Shown: positions 26,073 to 34,554 of the stretch, piece after piece
Numbering within the stretch: position 1 is the first letter of the stretch
Layout: each line of letters opens with the position of its first letter
NCBI GenBank assembly: GCA_040219255.1
Contig: JAVJSW010000049.1
Span: 1 to 64,000, forward strand
Direction of reading: 5' to 3'
DNA: 64,000 nt
DNA from: Sumerlaeia bacterium
GTDB taxonomy: Bacteria > Sumerlaeota > Sumerlaeia > SLMS01 > JAHLLQ01
Notes under the pieces: model-generated
Told to the model about the DNA's origin: nothing
The model's input: only the letters and a program-made list of their open reading frames with translations
Database searches by the model: none
Program-made: the position numbers and the translations under genes

Positions 26073-27320
26073 GTGCCCGACAAACGCAATTTCTACCCCG
26101 AGCAGAAGCCGACGGCGAGCGAGTTCAACGCCGCCTTCGGCGATTTCCACACCGCCTTTGAGGACGTCATCACGCGCGCCGTCGGCTGGGGCTGGCTCTA
26201 CGGCGCCAACCTCTCCTACACACCGTCGACCACGCCCCCGGCTGTTTCCGTCAGCTCGTTTCTCGGCTACTCGCAGGCCGGGGCCACGGTGAAAGACCTC
26301 GTGGGCAAGACGGTGCAGCTCACGAAAAACGGCTACTGCCCGGTCAACGCGGGGGGTGAACCGGACGGCACACTCATCACCCCGGGCGTCGGACAAAGCG
26401 TCTGGTTCACGCTGCTGGCCTACGCGACACGCAAAGACGAAGACCTGCGCGACGCCGAGCCGGACATCTATTGGGCCAGCCTGGAGGCCTACCAATTCCG
26501 GGTGCTCACCGGCGCCGTGGCCACCGATCCGGCCGACCCGGTGCGCCCCGCCCTGCCGGGCACGGGGGACTATCTGGTGCTGGGCGACGTTCGCGTGCGC
26601 GATGACGGCTCGGGCCCGATGATCGTCGAGGTGGACAACTTCCGCCGCACCCCCTTCCATCGCCCGGCGAAAATCCGCAACGCTTTCGAGGTGGGCTTCC
26701 CCTGCCTGATGCGGCACGTCTCCCAATACCCCGCCTTCCCGGACCCGGAGCACTACAAATTCGGCGACGATGGCAATCAGCCCGGCGTCGCCAGCCCGGC
26801 GAGCGAGCTGTCCTGGTACAACACCGAAGAGGACTTCTTCGGCGGCGGGGGCTTCGTACACGACTTTTTCGGCTTCCTGCACTACACCCAGGCGGGGGCC
26901 TTCGTTTGGAAGGACTGCGGCGCGGGGGCCCACAAGGCGCGCAACGCCGTCCTGGTCACCTTCCCCGTTCTCAATAAGGGCCTGACGACGGTGGCCCGGA
27001 CGGTCAAGCTCCGCCAGGAAACGGGCGGCCTGCTCGCCTACAACTTCCTCGGCGGCCCGGAGGCGACCGGCGGTTGGCAATCCTCCGCCGGCGGCTCCAC
27101 CACCGATGCGGACCTGGACCTCGCGCTGAACTTCCCGCCGGGCCGCAACCTCCTGCGCCTCTGGTTTATCCAGGACAGCGCCGACCGTCTCACCGCGGCG
27201 ATCATCAACGACTGGCTCCACGACTCCGCCCTCAGCGATCAGCCCCTGGTGATCGACGCGGAGGCGCTCCAGCATATCGTTTCCGAGGCCAACAACGACC
27301 TGATTTTCCAGGCGATTTGA
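26073..27320 (+). CDS. Putative tail fibre / baseplate-attached protein
   Basis: GTG start after AAGGA; N-terminus DKRNFYPEQ..ASEFN; shares FRV..G...P.RP...L.DV with the 27641 protein; positioned after gpI. Confidence 0.65.
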   Translation: MPDKRNFYPEQKPTASEFNAAFGDFHTAFEDVITRAVGWGWLYGANLSYTPSTTPPAVSVSSFLGYSQAGATVKDLVGKTVQLTKNGYCPVNAGGEPDGTLITPGVGQSVWFTLLAYATRKDEDLRDAEPDIYWASLEAYQFRVLTGAVATDPADPVRPALPGTGDYLVLGDVRVRDDGSGPMIVEVDNFRRTPFHRPAKIRNAFEVGFPCLMRHVSQYPAFPDPEHYKFGDDGNQPGVASPASELSWYNTEEDFFGGGGFVHDFFGFLHYTQAGAFVWKDCGAGAHKARNAVLVTFPVLNKGLTTVARTVKLRQETGGLLAYNFLGGPEATGGWQSSAGGSTTDADLDLALNFPPGRNLLRLWFIQDSADRLTAAIINDWLHDSALSDQPLVIDAEALQHIVSEANNDLIFQAI

Positions 27321-27323
27321 TCC

Positions 27324-27644
27324 ATGAAAACCATCTACGTCTGTGTCGATGACGAGGGCTTCATGCGGGGCTGGTCGTCCATTCCCTGCGAGGGCTTCGT
27401 CCAGGCGCGAGGCGATAGCCGCGCCCTCGCGGCGGCGCAATTCTGCCGCGCCCGCCTCGGCGCCGACGGCGTACTGCGTCCGCTTACCCCCGAGGAGGAC
27501 GACCACCGCCGCGTTCAGCGCCGCCGCGAGGCCAAGGGCGCGGAGTTGGCCGCGGCGATGGAGTTCCTGGAGGCGGGGCCGGTCACCGAGGCCAACCACC
27601 TCGACATGATCGAAGCTATCCGAAAGGTCCTGACAGCCAAATGA
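27324..27644 (+). CDS. Small protein, possible tail fibre assembly chaperone
   Basis: 106 aa between two fibre-like genes; MKTIYVCVDDEGFMRGWS start. Confidence 0.55.
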   Translation: MKTIYVCVDDEGFMRGWSSIPCEGFVQARGDSRALAAAQFCRARLGADGVLRPLTPEEDDHRRVQRRREAKGAELAAAMEFLEAGPVTEANHLDMIEAIRKVLTAK

Positions 27645-28699
27645 CCGAGCGCCGCCTCTTCAACTTCCGCGACCGGCTCACCCCGGAGGACATGCAGGGC
27701 TTCCAGACGGGTCTGCAAATCACCCTCGCCCAACTCCTCCTCGACATTTCATCGCCCGGCCTGCTCAGCGGAGGGCAGCCGGTGCCCGACCAGCCGGTCA
27801 ACTCGTGGAACGTGCTCATGCCCCCGTTGACGGGCTACTCCCGCGGCTCGGGGCAGCGCATTTTCACCCAGCAGCAGGGCCGCGCCCGTCTGGATTGGGC
27901 CGGCGATTTCCGCGTCGGCTTTTTCGACCGGGCCGTGATCCACAACCCCGGCGGCGGTGCGCCCCTCGCCTACATGCCCGATTTGTCGGCCGGCCAAGAG
28001 CAGTGGATGACTCTCGGTGTGCTCTTCCGATACCAGGAGGGACAATTCGCCTACGACGGATTCGGAAAGCTCAAGCCGCGGCGGGCCACCCCGTCCTTCC
28101 AATTCCGGGTGGTCCACGGCGAGGTCGCGGCCACGGGGCAGGCGGAGCGGCCGGAGGCAAGCGCCTTCCGCGGCGGCATCCTGCTTTGCGACGTGTTGCG
28201 CGACGCGGACGCGGAGGCGGTGACGCCGTCGAACATCTACTACGACCGCACGGAATTCTTTCGCTGGCGCCGGGAGTTCTACGCCTCCGCGGTGGAGGCC
28301 GGCGTCCTGGGCACCTTTCCGCCGAGCGAGCACCGCCAGAGCATTCTGCCGGGCCTCGCCTCGCCCTCCTCGGCCTGGTTCGACGTCGCCCGGTTCGCCG
28401 CGTCGCGCTACACCACGGCGGCCCTGGTCCGCCTCCACGCGGTTTCTTCGCCAGCCGAGTCGACCGGCTCCCGCAGCGGGGACACGATCCTCCAGGCCTC
28501 GACCGACCCGACCTTCGCCAACCCGGGCCAGACGGTCAGCATCACGCTACCCCAGGCGGCCAACGAGGCGAGCGCGTCGGTTTACCTGGAGGTGGACGTC
28601 AGCGGCAACGAGGCCGTCTTCCTTCGCGTCCAATCGGCCGGCGGCCACGAGAACGTGCGCCTCAGCCAGGAGTATTTGCCGCTCGAGCTCGCGGGCTGA
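27641..28699 (+). CDS. Second putative tail fibre / baseplate-attached protein (distant paralog of 26073)
   Basis: ERRLFNFRDRL..EDM start; FQFRVVHGE.A.....ERP...LLCDV. Confidence 0.6.
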   Translation: MTERRLFNFRDRLTPEDMQGFQTGLQITLAQLLLDISSPGLLSGGQPVPDQPVNSWNVLMPPLTGYSRGSGQRIFTQQQGRARLDWAGDFRVGFFDRAVIHNPGGGAPLAYMPDLSAGQEQWMTLGVLFRYQEGQFAYDGFGKLKPRRATPSFQFRVVHGEVAATGQAERPEASAFRGGILLCDVLRDADAEAVTPSNIYYDRTEFFRWRREFYASAVEAGVLGTFPPSEHRQSILPGLASPSSAWFDVARFAASRYTTAALVRLHAVSSPAESTGSRSGDTILQASTDPTFANPGQTVSITLPQAANEASASVYLEVDVSGNEAVFLRVQSAGGHENVRLSQEYLPLELAG

Positions 28700-28791
28700 T
28701 CCCCCGCGGCGCGGTAAATGGGGGGAAGGCGCCCCGCTGGGTCATTGCCGCGGGGCGCCTGCCATATTCCCCACGCCGTGAGCGCGCACCG

Positions 28792-30039
28792 ATGATCCCA
28801 CTGACGAAACTCTTTGACCGCACGAGCGATGGGCGCGAGCCGCCCCAGCCGACGGTGAGCTACTTTCTCCTCGGCATTTTCCTGCTCGGCCTTCTGCTTT
28901 TCCCCTTCCTGGCCTTTTCCCAGGCAACGCCTTTTCGCGAAATCCGCCTCGTCGACCAGAGCGACCCGTGGGGCTCGCCCGCGGCGGTCCTCTCCTACGA
29001 CGGCACCTCCGTTTCCTTCGACAAGCCCCTTGCCTCGAGCGGCGGCAGCGCCTTCGACGCCCTGACGGCCAACAGCCTGGACGTGAACGGGCAGATCGAC
29101 GCGGAGCGCCTCGTTCTGCCGGTCGATCCGGACTGGTCCGACCTCACATTGCGATGGGGCGCCTTTACGGGCATTTCCGGGGACGACGGTAAAATTTATC
29201 TGGTATCTTCAGGCGAACGAATGGCCGAGTTCGCGCCGTCCCTCTTGCAGTTCTACACGCCGGTGGACTTCTCCTCCGCGGCTACGTTCGGCGGCACCGT
29301 GAAGGTCCCGGTGGGCTCCGAGGATAACCCGTCCATCGGTTTCCTATTGGACACTGATACCGGCATTTACTCGCCGGGATCAGGCTCAATCGGCCTGACC
29401 AGCGGCGGCGGCGAGGTCTTTTCGATTTCCGAAAACGGGGCCCTTTTCCGGGTCGAGCTGGGCGACGGGATCGTCGTCAACGAGCCCGACTCGGGGGCGG
29501 GCACGGCCTACGGCGTCAAGGCGACCGCTACGGCCGGCACCGGAACGCGCTACGCCTTCCACGGCAGTGGGAAGGAATACGGCGGCTATTTCGAGCGGAC
29601 CGCCGCGACCGGCACGGGCGGAGCCGTGGTGGCGAAGAACACCAACGCCTCGGCGACCGCGCCGCTCTTTGCGGGCCAGGCCTCCGACGGCGCGGATGTC
29701 TTCGTCGTAGGGCCTGGAGGGGCCATATCGGGCGGCGTTCGCACCCTGAACACGGCCAGCCCCGCCGATGTTGTCCAGCACCAAGGCAAGCCAGTGGTCC
29801 GCCTCAACACGATCTACGGGATGAACCGTGACGGCGGCATTGAGGCGGGCACCCGTAACGGCCAGCGCTTGACGATCCTGGGCGTCGGCTCGACGAGCAC
29901 TTTTCTCTCCGGCACCGCCTACAAACTCACGACCCCGGGCGCGGCCAGCATCGCCCTGGATAACGCCGAGGCCCTGCAGCTCATGTGGTCAACGGACGCG
30001 TCCCCCGCAACCTGGGTCGTCATTGGCGGCTCGTACTAA
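28792..30039 (+). CDS. Fibre-like beta-rich protein with N-terminal hydrophobic/signal segment
   Basis: YFLLGIFLLGLLLFPFLAFSQ; phage-fibre-type motif GSEDNPSIGF..DTDTGIYSPG..SIG. Confidence 0.65.
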   Translation: MIPLTKLFDRTSDGREPPQPTVSYFLLGIFLLGLLLFPFLAFSQATPFREIRLVDQSDPWGSPAAVLSYDGTSVSFDKPLASSGGSAFDALTANSLDVNGQIDAERLVLPVDPDWSDLTLRWGAFTGISGDDGKIYLVSSGERMAEFAPSLLQFYTPVDFSSAATFGGTVKVPVGSEDNPSIGFLLDTDTGIYSPGSGSIGLTSGGGEVFSISENGALFRVELGDGIVVNEPDSGAGTAYGVKATATAGTGTRYAFHGSGKEYGGYFERTAATGTGGAVVAKNTNASATAPLFAGQASDGADVFVVGPGGAISGGVRTLNTASPADVVQHQGKPVVRLNTIYGMNRDGGIEAGTRNGQRLTILGVGSTSTFLSGTAYKLTTPGAASIALDNAEALQLMWSTDASPATWVVIGGSY

Positions 30040-30075
30040 GCCCACCCCCACCCACCAAAGGAAGGGACCTTCCCT

Positions 30076-30579
30076 ATGAAAGCCTCTCTGTTTCTCCCCA
30101 TCATCGCGCTCGTGGCCCTTCTGGCGGCGGCGCCTTCACCCGCAGCGGCCCAAACGTCGCCGACCCTCACTCAAACAGACGCGGTGGCGTTCATCCTGGG
30201 GGATGACGGCCCGACCACCGGAACGCTCGCCAAGGTCATCGTCGCCGGCAGCCTGCTCGAGGCGTCCGGGCGCAACTTCTGGCTCGCCCTGAACGACGAC
30301 GTGCCCGCCCTTGCGGGCCTCGACTACGGCGGCGAACTGGTTGTCCGCCGCTACCTGCTCACCGAGCTGGTGGCCCGTCCCATTCGCCAAAGCGCGCCCC
30401 TGGTTTTCGAGCTGCTCGCCGATCCAGAGACCGGCTGGGACGACATCGGCGGCGATCCGGCCCGCATTCCGACCGACTTCGAGGTAGCCCGCGCGTCGAT
30501 CCTCGCCTTGGTCGAGACCTACGCTGAGGCCGTGCTGGCCGACAGCGCGGCCGCAATGACCACGCTGGCCGGATCGTAA
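30076..30579 (+). CDS. Exported hypothetical protein
   Basis: Signal peptide MKASLFLPIIALVALLAAAPSPAAA; AAGGA RBS. Confidence 0.7.
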   Translation: MKASLFLPIIALVALLAAAPSPAAAQTSPTLTQTDAVAFILGDDGPTTGTLAKVIVAGSLLEASGRNFWLALNDDVPALAGLDYGGELVVRRYLLTELVARPIRQSAPLVFELLADPETGWDDIGGDPARIPTDFEVARASILALVETYAEAVLADSAAAMTTLAGS

Positions 30580-30644
30580 CCCCCGCCCAAGAGCCCCGGC
30601 CCGGGCCTGTACATCCTTCCGAAACCACCGGGAGGATGACCCCC

Positions 30645-31196
30645 ATGAAAAGACCCCTTGGACGCGCCGCCGCTCTATCGCTCGCGGCGCTTCTCTTTTG
30701 CGCGGCCTTCGCCGGTTGCGCCGCCACAACCGAGGCCGGGCGAATTCGCGCCTCGCTCGCAACCGACAGCGCCCGCGACCTCGAAGACGCCGCGGCGGAG
30801 CTCGACAAGGTCTTCGAGCAGATCGTCGCCGAAGAAGCCCGCGAGGCCTACGGCCAACTCGAGGCGGACTACCGCGCCGCCCTCGCTCAGACAAGCGACC
30901 CCCTCCAGGCGGCCGTTTTGACCGAGGCATACGTCGAGGGCCGGGAGCAAACCCGTCAGCGGCTCGTCACCTTTGGCAATCGCCTGACAGCCCTCAGCGC
31001 CAACGTGCGCCTCGGCGCCGAAGCGACCCGCACCATCGACCTGATGGCATCGAATGAAATCGAGGTCTCTCGCGACCTGCTCGCCCGCTTCGGCGAGCCC
31101 GATTTCCAGGATCTGTTCGAGGCCGCCTTGCTGCGGCTGGAGCAGGAATACACCGCCGAGAAAGTCGCGGGCGAGCTCGGCGCCGGCGGCCGATAA
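30645..31196 (+). CDS. Lipoprotein with coiled-coil (possibly spanin-like)
   Basis: Lipobox FAGC after a hydrophobic stretch; GGAGG 9 nt upstream of ATG 30645. Confidence 0.7.
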   Translation: MKRPLGRAAALSLAALLFCAAFAGCAATTEAGRIRASLATDSARDLEDAAAELDKVFEQIVAEEAREAYGQLEADYRAALAQTSDPLQAAVLTEAYVEGREQTRQRLVTFGNRLTALSANVRLGAEATRTIDLMASNEIEVSRDLLARFGEPDFQDLFEAALLRLEQEYTAEKVAGELGAGGR

Positions 31197-31250
31197 CCCT
31201 CCAGCCGTTCCCACCATCAACCCCTCGACCCCCACGGAGAAAATAGCCCC

Positions 31251-31694
31251 ATGATGAAACGATCGAACGCCACCCGGGCCTTTGTTCGAGCCCTGACCGA
31301 TACCGATGAACACGGCGACGCTCAATATCTTCAGCGCGTCGAAGCCGCCGCCCAAGAGGTCCTCGAAACCGAGGAAGAGCTCAGCGGCCCCAAGGGCGAC
31401 CTCGACATGAACGAGGCCGTGAGCGCGCTCCGCCGCGGCTATGGCCCCAGCGTCACCGTCGGGACCATCGAGCCCCAGGTCACGAGCGGGCGCCTCACGC
31501 GCGACGCCGATGCCCACCGCGCCGCCATCGAGCGCGCCCAGGCCGTCAACCGCGCGGCCGCGACGACCATCGCCCTTGCCGCCGCCGGCGCCGGGGCCGC
31601 CGCCCTTTCCGGCGGTACATTCGGCGTGCCCCAGGTTGTCGCGCTGATCCGCCAGGTTGGCGACGTCCTGCTTGGCAACCTGACGGGCGAATAA
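31251..31694 (+). CDS. Hypothetical protein with hydrophobic C-terminus
   Basis: 147-aa ORF with GGAG RBS. Confidence 0.65.
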   Translation: MMKRSNATRAFVRALTDTDEHGDAQYLQRVEAAAQEVLETEEELSGPKGDLDMNEAVSALRRGYGPSVTVGTIEPQVTSGRLTRDADAHRAAIERAQAVNRAAATTIALAAAGAGAAALSGGTFGVPQVVALIRQVGDVLLGNLTGE

Positions 31695-31733
31695 CCCGGA
31701 CCGCAAACATCCCCCATAGAAAGAGCAAAACCT

Positions 31734-32051
31734 ATGAACCTTGAAACCGTAGTTCCCCTGTTGGCCGACTTCGACAAGCCCGTCGTCATCGGCGTCATCG
31801 TGGCGCTGGCGATTTGGGCGCTGATTGAATACCTGCCCGCGCGCTTCCTCCCGATCAAGTCGGGCGACCGCCCCAAAGTGATCCTCGGCTTGGCGCTGGT
31901 CGCCGGGCTGGTCGTCGCCCCGGTCTTCGGCTTCTCCCCCGAGGAGACCCGCCTCGCCTTCACGACCATCCTGCTGGCCACCGGATTCGACGTGGCCGTT
32001 CGCGCGGTGGCGCCCGGGATCAAGAAGCCGAAAACAGCGGTGAGGGGGTAG
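31734..32051 (+). CDS. Holin-like small membrane protein
   Basis: 105 aa, 2-3 TM segments, basic C-terminal tail, at the end of the late region. Confidence 0.6.
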   Translation: MNLETVVPLLADFDKPVVIGVIVALAIWALIEYLPARFLPIKSGDRPKVILGLALVAGLVVAPVFGFSPEETRLAFTTILLATGFDVAVRAVAPGIKKPKTAVRG

Positions 32052-32311
32052 GCATGGGAGCCGCGGCGGCCACAGGCAACCCACCCCGGCTCCTGCTGGA
32101 TTTCGACCCGCAGCCGGTGGCGCTGGTGATCGCCTTCAAGAGCGCGCCGGCCTTCTCCGCCTTGCCTTCCTCGTGGCGGCGCTCGGCATCCGCTTTCACC
32201 TGTCCTTTGGTCTCAACACGTCGGTGGGCGCGTACCTTCCCAACGCGCTGATCCTTCTCCTTTGCAGCCTTCGCGACTCACCCCTCGATCCCAAACTTGT
32301 GAGCCGCTTCC

Positions 32312-32842
32312 ATGACTGAGCTCCACGCCACAGCGACCGACATGGGCCTTTCGACCGCACCGGCGGTTGGCGGCGGCCTGCTCGTGCTCTCCATCCTCGT
32401 GAAGGCCTTCGCGCCGCAAATCCGCGACGTGCTCGCCGCCCTGGCCGCCCGCCTCAGCCGAAAGGACGCATCCCGGGCCGAGGTGCTGATGGACGAGGCC
32501 GAAGCGATCCTTGCGGCGGCGCGTCAAACCCGGGTCGAAACGGAGGAGTACCAGAACCGCCTGCGGGCCGAAATCCTCGAGGAGCTGACGCGCACGCGCG
32601 AAGAACTCGCCCGCACCCGGAGCGAATTGGAGGAAGAGCGCGCCGCCCACGCGGAAACGCGCGGGCGCCTGAGCCAGAGCACCGAGGAGCGCGCCGCCAT
32701 CCAGCTCCGCCTCAACGCGGCGGAGCACCGCATTACGCAACTCGAGGCGCAGCTCAAGGAAACCCGCGAGGCCCTAAGCCGCACCAACGAAATCTTGAAC
32801 CGGCAGGCGGAATACCGCCGTGACCCCGAGGCGGACGAGTAG
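32312..32842 (+). CDS. Membrane-anchored coiled-coil protein (lysis-cassette-like)
   Basis: N-terminal TM helix followed by a long heptad-rich region. Confidence 0.65.
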   Translation: MTELHATATDMGLSTAPAVGGGLLVLSILVKAFAPQIRDVLAALAARLSRKDASRAEVLMDEAEAILAAARQTRVETEEYQNRLRAEILEELTRTREELARTRSELEEERAAHAETRGRLSQSTEERAAIQLRLNAAEHRITQLEAQLKETREALSRTNEILNRQAEYRRDPEADE

Positions 32843-32867
32843 CCTAAATTATTTGTCAGAAAATGCG

Positions 32868-32896
32868 TTGACCCTGATGGGGTTTTCGGCTACGTT
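32868..32896 (+). promoter_or_regulatory. Sigma70-like promoter
   Basis: TTGACC-17 nt-TACGTT with an AT-rich upstream tract. Confidence 0.55.
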
Positions 32897-33016
32897 TCTC
32901 CTACTTACGGAGGCCGCGTAGCCGATTTTTTGTATCCCCCCCCCAGCGCGGGAGATCGGACGGAAATGGCAGCCACAAGAGCGGGCGATTTTAGCAGACT
33001 GAAAAAGGGTCCCGAG

Positions 33017-33418
33017 ATGGCCAAGGCACGAGGTTACAAGTCGGAAAAGGGGCAAGCGATCCTTGCCGAGTACAAGGCGGGCAAGCTCACCGCCGATGAA
33101 ATCGCCGAGAAGCACGGCGTCCACCGGGTCACCGTTTTCAAATACGTGCGGCAAAGCCGGGAGGGCTACAAGCCCGCCCCAATCGGCAGGCCGAAGAAGT
33201 TTGGGGAGGACGTCGATCCGGCCGCCCTTCGCGTTTCCCTCACGCCCGAGGCGATGGCCTCGCTCGAGGAGGAGGCAGAGGCGGAAACCGCGAGTCGGCG
33301 GGCCGAAGACCCCAAAGCCTCACGGGTCAAAGCCAACGACATCGCCGAGCGTGTGCTCCTTGACTATGTGGCCGGCCGCCGCCGCCTTATCAGACGGGGG
33401 AAAAGCGCGTCAAAGTGA
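33017..33418 (+). CDS. HTH DNA-binding protein (N-terminal HTH, GRPKK linker, possible RHH-like C-terminus)
   Basis: LTADEIAEKHGVHRVTVFKYVR; IGRPKK. Confidence 0.75.
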   Translation: MAKARGYKSEKGQAILAEYKAGKLTADEIAEKHGVHRVTVFKYVRQSREGYKPAPIGRPKKFGEDVDPAALRVSLTPEAMASLEEEAEAETASRRAEDPKASRVKANDIAERVLLDYVAGRRRLIRRGKSASK

Positions 33419-33430
33419 CACGCATTCACG

Positions 33431-33593
33431 TGATACACCCCGCCTCGTTTTTGATACACTCTTGATACACCACTTTTTGCCCCTTCCTTCGCCCGGCCAA
33501 TCCTGGTCGGGCGTTTCGCGTGATTCGGGATTTGATACACTTCCTGGATTTTAGACGCACTATGGGGCGAATATAAGGTGATTTAGTGTATCA
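33431..33593. repeat. TGATACAC repeats, putative integrase arm-type sites
   Basis: Direct copies at 33431, 33452, 33463 and 33533, and an inverted copy at 33586, 50-215 bp from the tRNA 3' end. Confidence 0.7.
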
Positions 33594-33600
33594 AAAGAGC

Positions 33601-33627
33601 AAAAGAAAAGGCCCCGATTTGGGGCCT
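33601..33627 (-). terminator. Intrinsic terminator downstream of tRNA-Gly
   Basis: AGGCCCC-aaatc-GGGGCCT followed by TTTCTTTT on the minus strand. Confidence 0.75.
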
Positions 33628-33644
33628 AAGTCTTTTGTTTTCAA

Positions 33645-33720
33645 TGGAGCGGGAAACGAGGCTCGAACTCGCGACCCTCAGCTTGGGAAGCTGATGCTCT
33701 ACCAACTGAGCTATTCCCGC
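33645..33720 (-). tRNA. tRNA-Gly(CCC)
   Basis: GCGGGAATAGCTCAGTTGGTAGAGCATCAGCTTCCCAAGCTGAGGGTCGCGAGTTCGAGCCTCGTTTCCCGCTCCA; 76 nt with encoded CCA. Confidence 0.98.
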
Positions 33721-33798
33721 TCGCTAAGTTCAAATATTCCCACGTCAGCCGCGTCTATCAAGGGAAATCGCCTGCGTTGGGAGGGCGCGGGTTGGGTG

Positions 33799-34554
33799 TC
33801 AGTTCGCCGGCTTGTCTTCGCTGTCCGCACTCGTCCGGGCGGCGTCGATTTTGGCGAGGGTTGCGGCGGGGTTGGCTTCGACTTTTTTCTCGCAGCCCGC
33901 GCAGCACAGTTTCACCAGTTGGTTCGCCAGGACGACATTGACCGCCCCGCCCATGGAATCGAGCGGCTGGCCGCTGACGACGCAGGTGTCGAGGGGATAG
34001 CCGGCGGTCTGTTTCTCGATGGCGGCTTCGTCGAGGATGGCGATGTACTTGGCAGGCTCGGCGCGGACTTTCTTGTCGCAGGGCGGGCAGCAGTACAGGA
34101 ACAGCCGATTGCCGACCACGGACGGGGAGTTCTTGGCCGGGTCTTCGGAAAGCTCTTCCGAGGTGTCGATGATGCAATGGTCGAGGGGATAGCGCGGCAT
34201 CTGCTGCTCTTCGATCTTCTTGTCCGCGGCGGCCAGGTATTTGGCCGGATCCTTTTCGAACATGCCGATGCATCCGGCGCAGCAGAAGCGCACTTCGCGG
34301 CCTTCGTGTAGCCGGATCACGGGATCGCCCATGGAGCCGAGCTTCTGACCCGAGACGACGCAGGTGTCGAGGGGCCAGGGATCGCCGATACGCTCGGCTT
34401 CGTCGGGGGTTTGGGTGGGCTGGCTGGTGGCTTTGGCGGTCTCATGCTCGCCGTGATGGGCGTGGCCGTGTGACGGTTGATCTTGCGCCTGCTGGCCGTA
34501 GGCTGCGCTCGTTGTGAGTGCCAAAACGATGAGTGTGGTGCTGAGAAACTTCAT
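33799..34554 (-). CDS. Periplasmic metal-binding protein with three YHS/TRASH-like repeats
   Basis: Signal peptide, HGHAHH, three repeats of (W/Y)PLD.C..(S)...CC..C. Confidence 0.85.
   Translation of the reverse strand: MKFLSTTLIVLALTTSAAYGQQAQDQPSHGHAHHGEHETAKATSQPTQTPDEAERIGDPWPLDTCVVSGQKLGSMGDPVIRLHEGREVRFCCAGCIGMFEKDPAKYLAAADKKIEEQQMPRYPLDHCIIDTSEELSEDPAKNSPSVVGNRLFLYCCPPCDKKVRAEPAKYIAILDEAAIEKQTAGYPLDTCVVSGQPLDSMGGAVNVVLANQLVKLCCAGCEKKVEANPAATLAKIDAARTSADSEDKPAN

Larger units (their letters stand above)
9768..33644 (+). mobile_element. Prophage segment (contractile tail/baseplate, immunity and lysis-like genes) abutting the tRNA-Gly 3' end; left boundary unresolved
   Basis: Tape measure, baseplate hub/spike/W/J/I, a repressor-cro pair, and arm-like repeats next to the tRNA 3' end. 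No integrase, head, sheath or tube gene in the window. Confidence 0.85.

Noticed and set aside
11116-30039. Complete eCIS or tailocin locus
   Set aside because: No sheath, tube or AAA ATPase in the window, while repressor/cro, a TP901-type tape measure and tRNA adjacency point to a prophage. It is not fully excluded.
24987-30039. 777-aa and 744-aa ORFs as single proteins
   Set aside because: Their N-terminal halves overlap real genes in another frame. True starts are most likely 26073 and 28792.
26073-30039. Diversity-generating retroelement or invertible fibre cassette
   Set aside because: No reverse transcriptase, invertase or TR/VR repeat pair seen.
32054-32251. 65-aa ORF in the lysis-like region
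   Set aside because: It has a possible RBS but no recognisable features, so there is too little support to annotate it.
33586-34311. 241-aa ORF on the + strand
   Set aside because: It overlaps tRNA-Gly and the antisense strand of the metal-binding protein gene.
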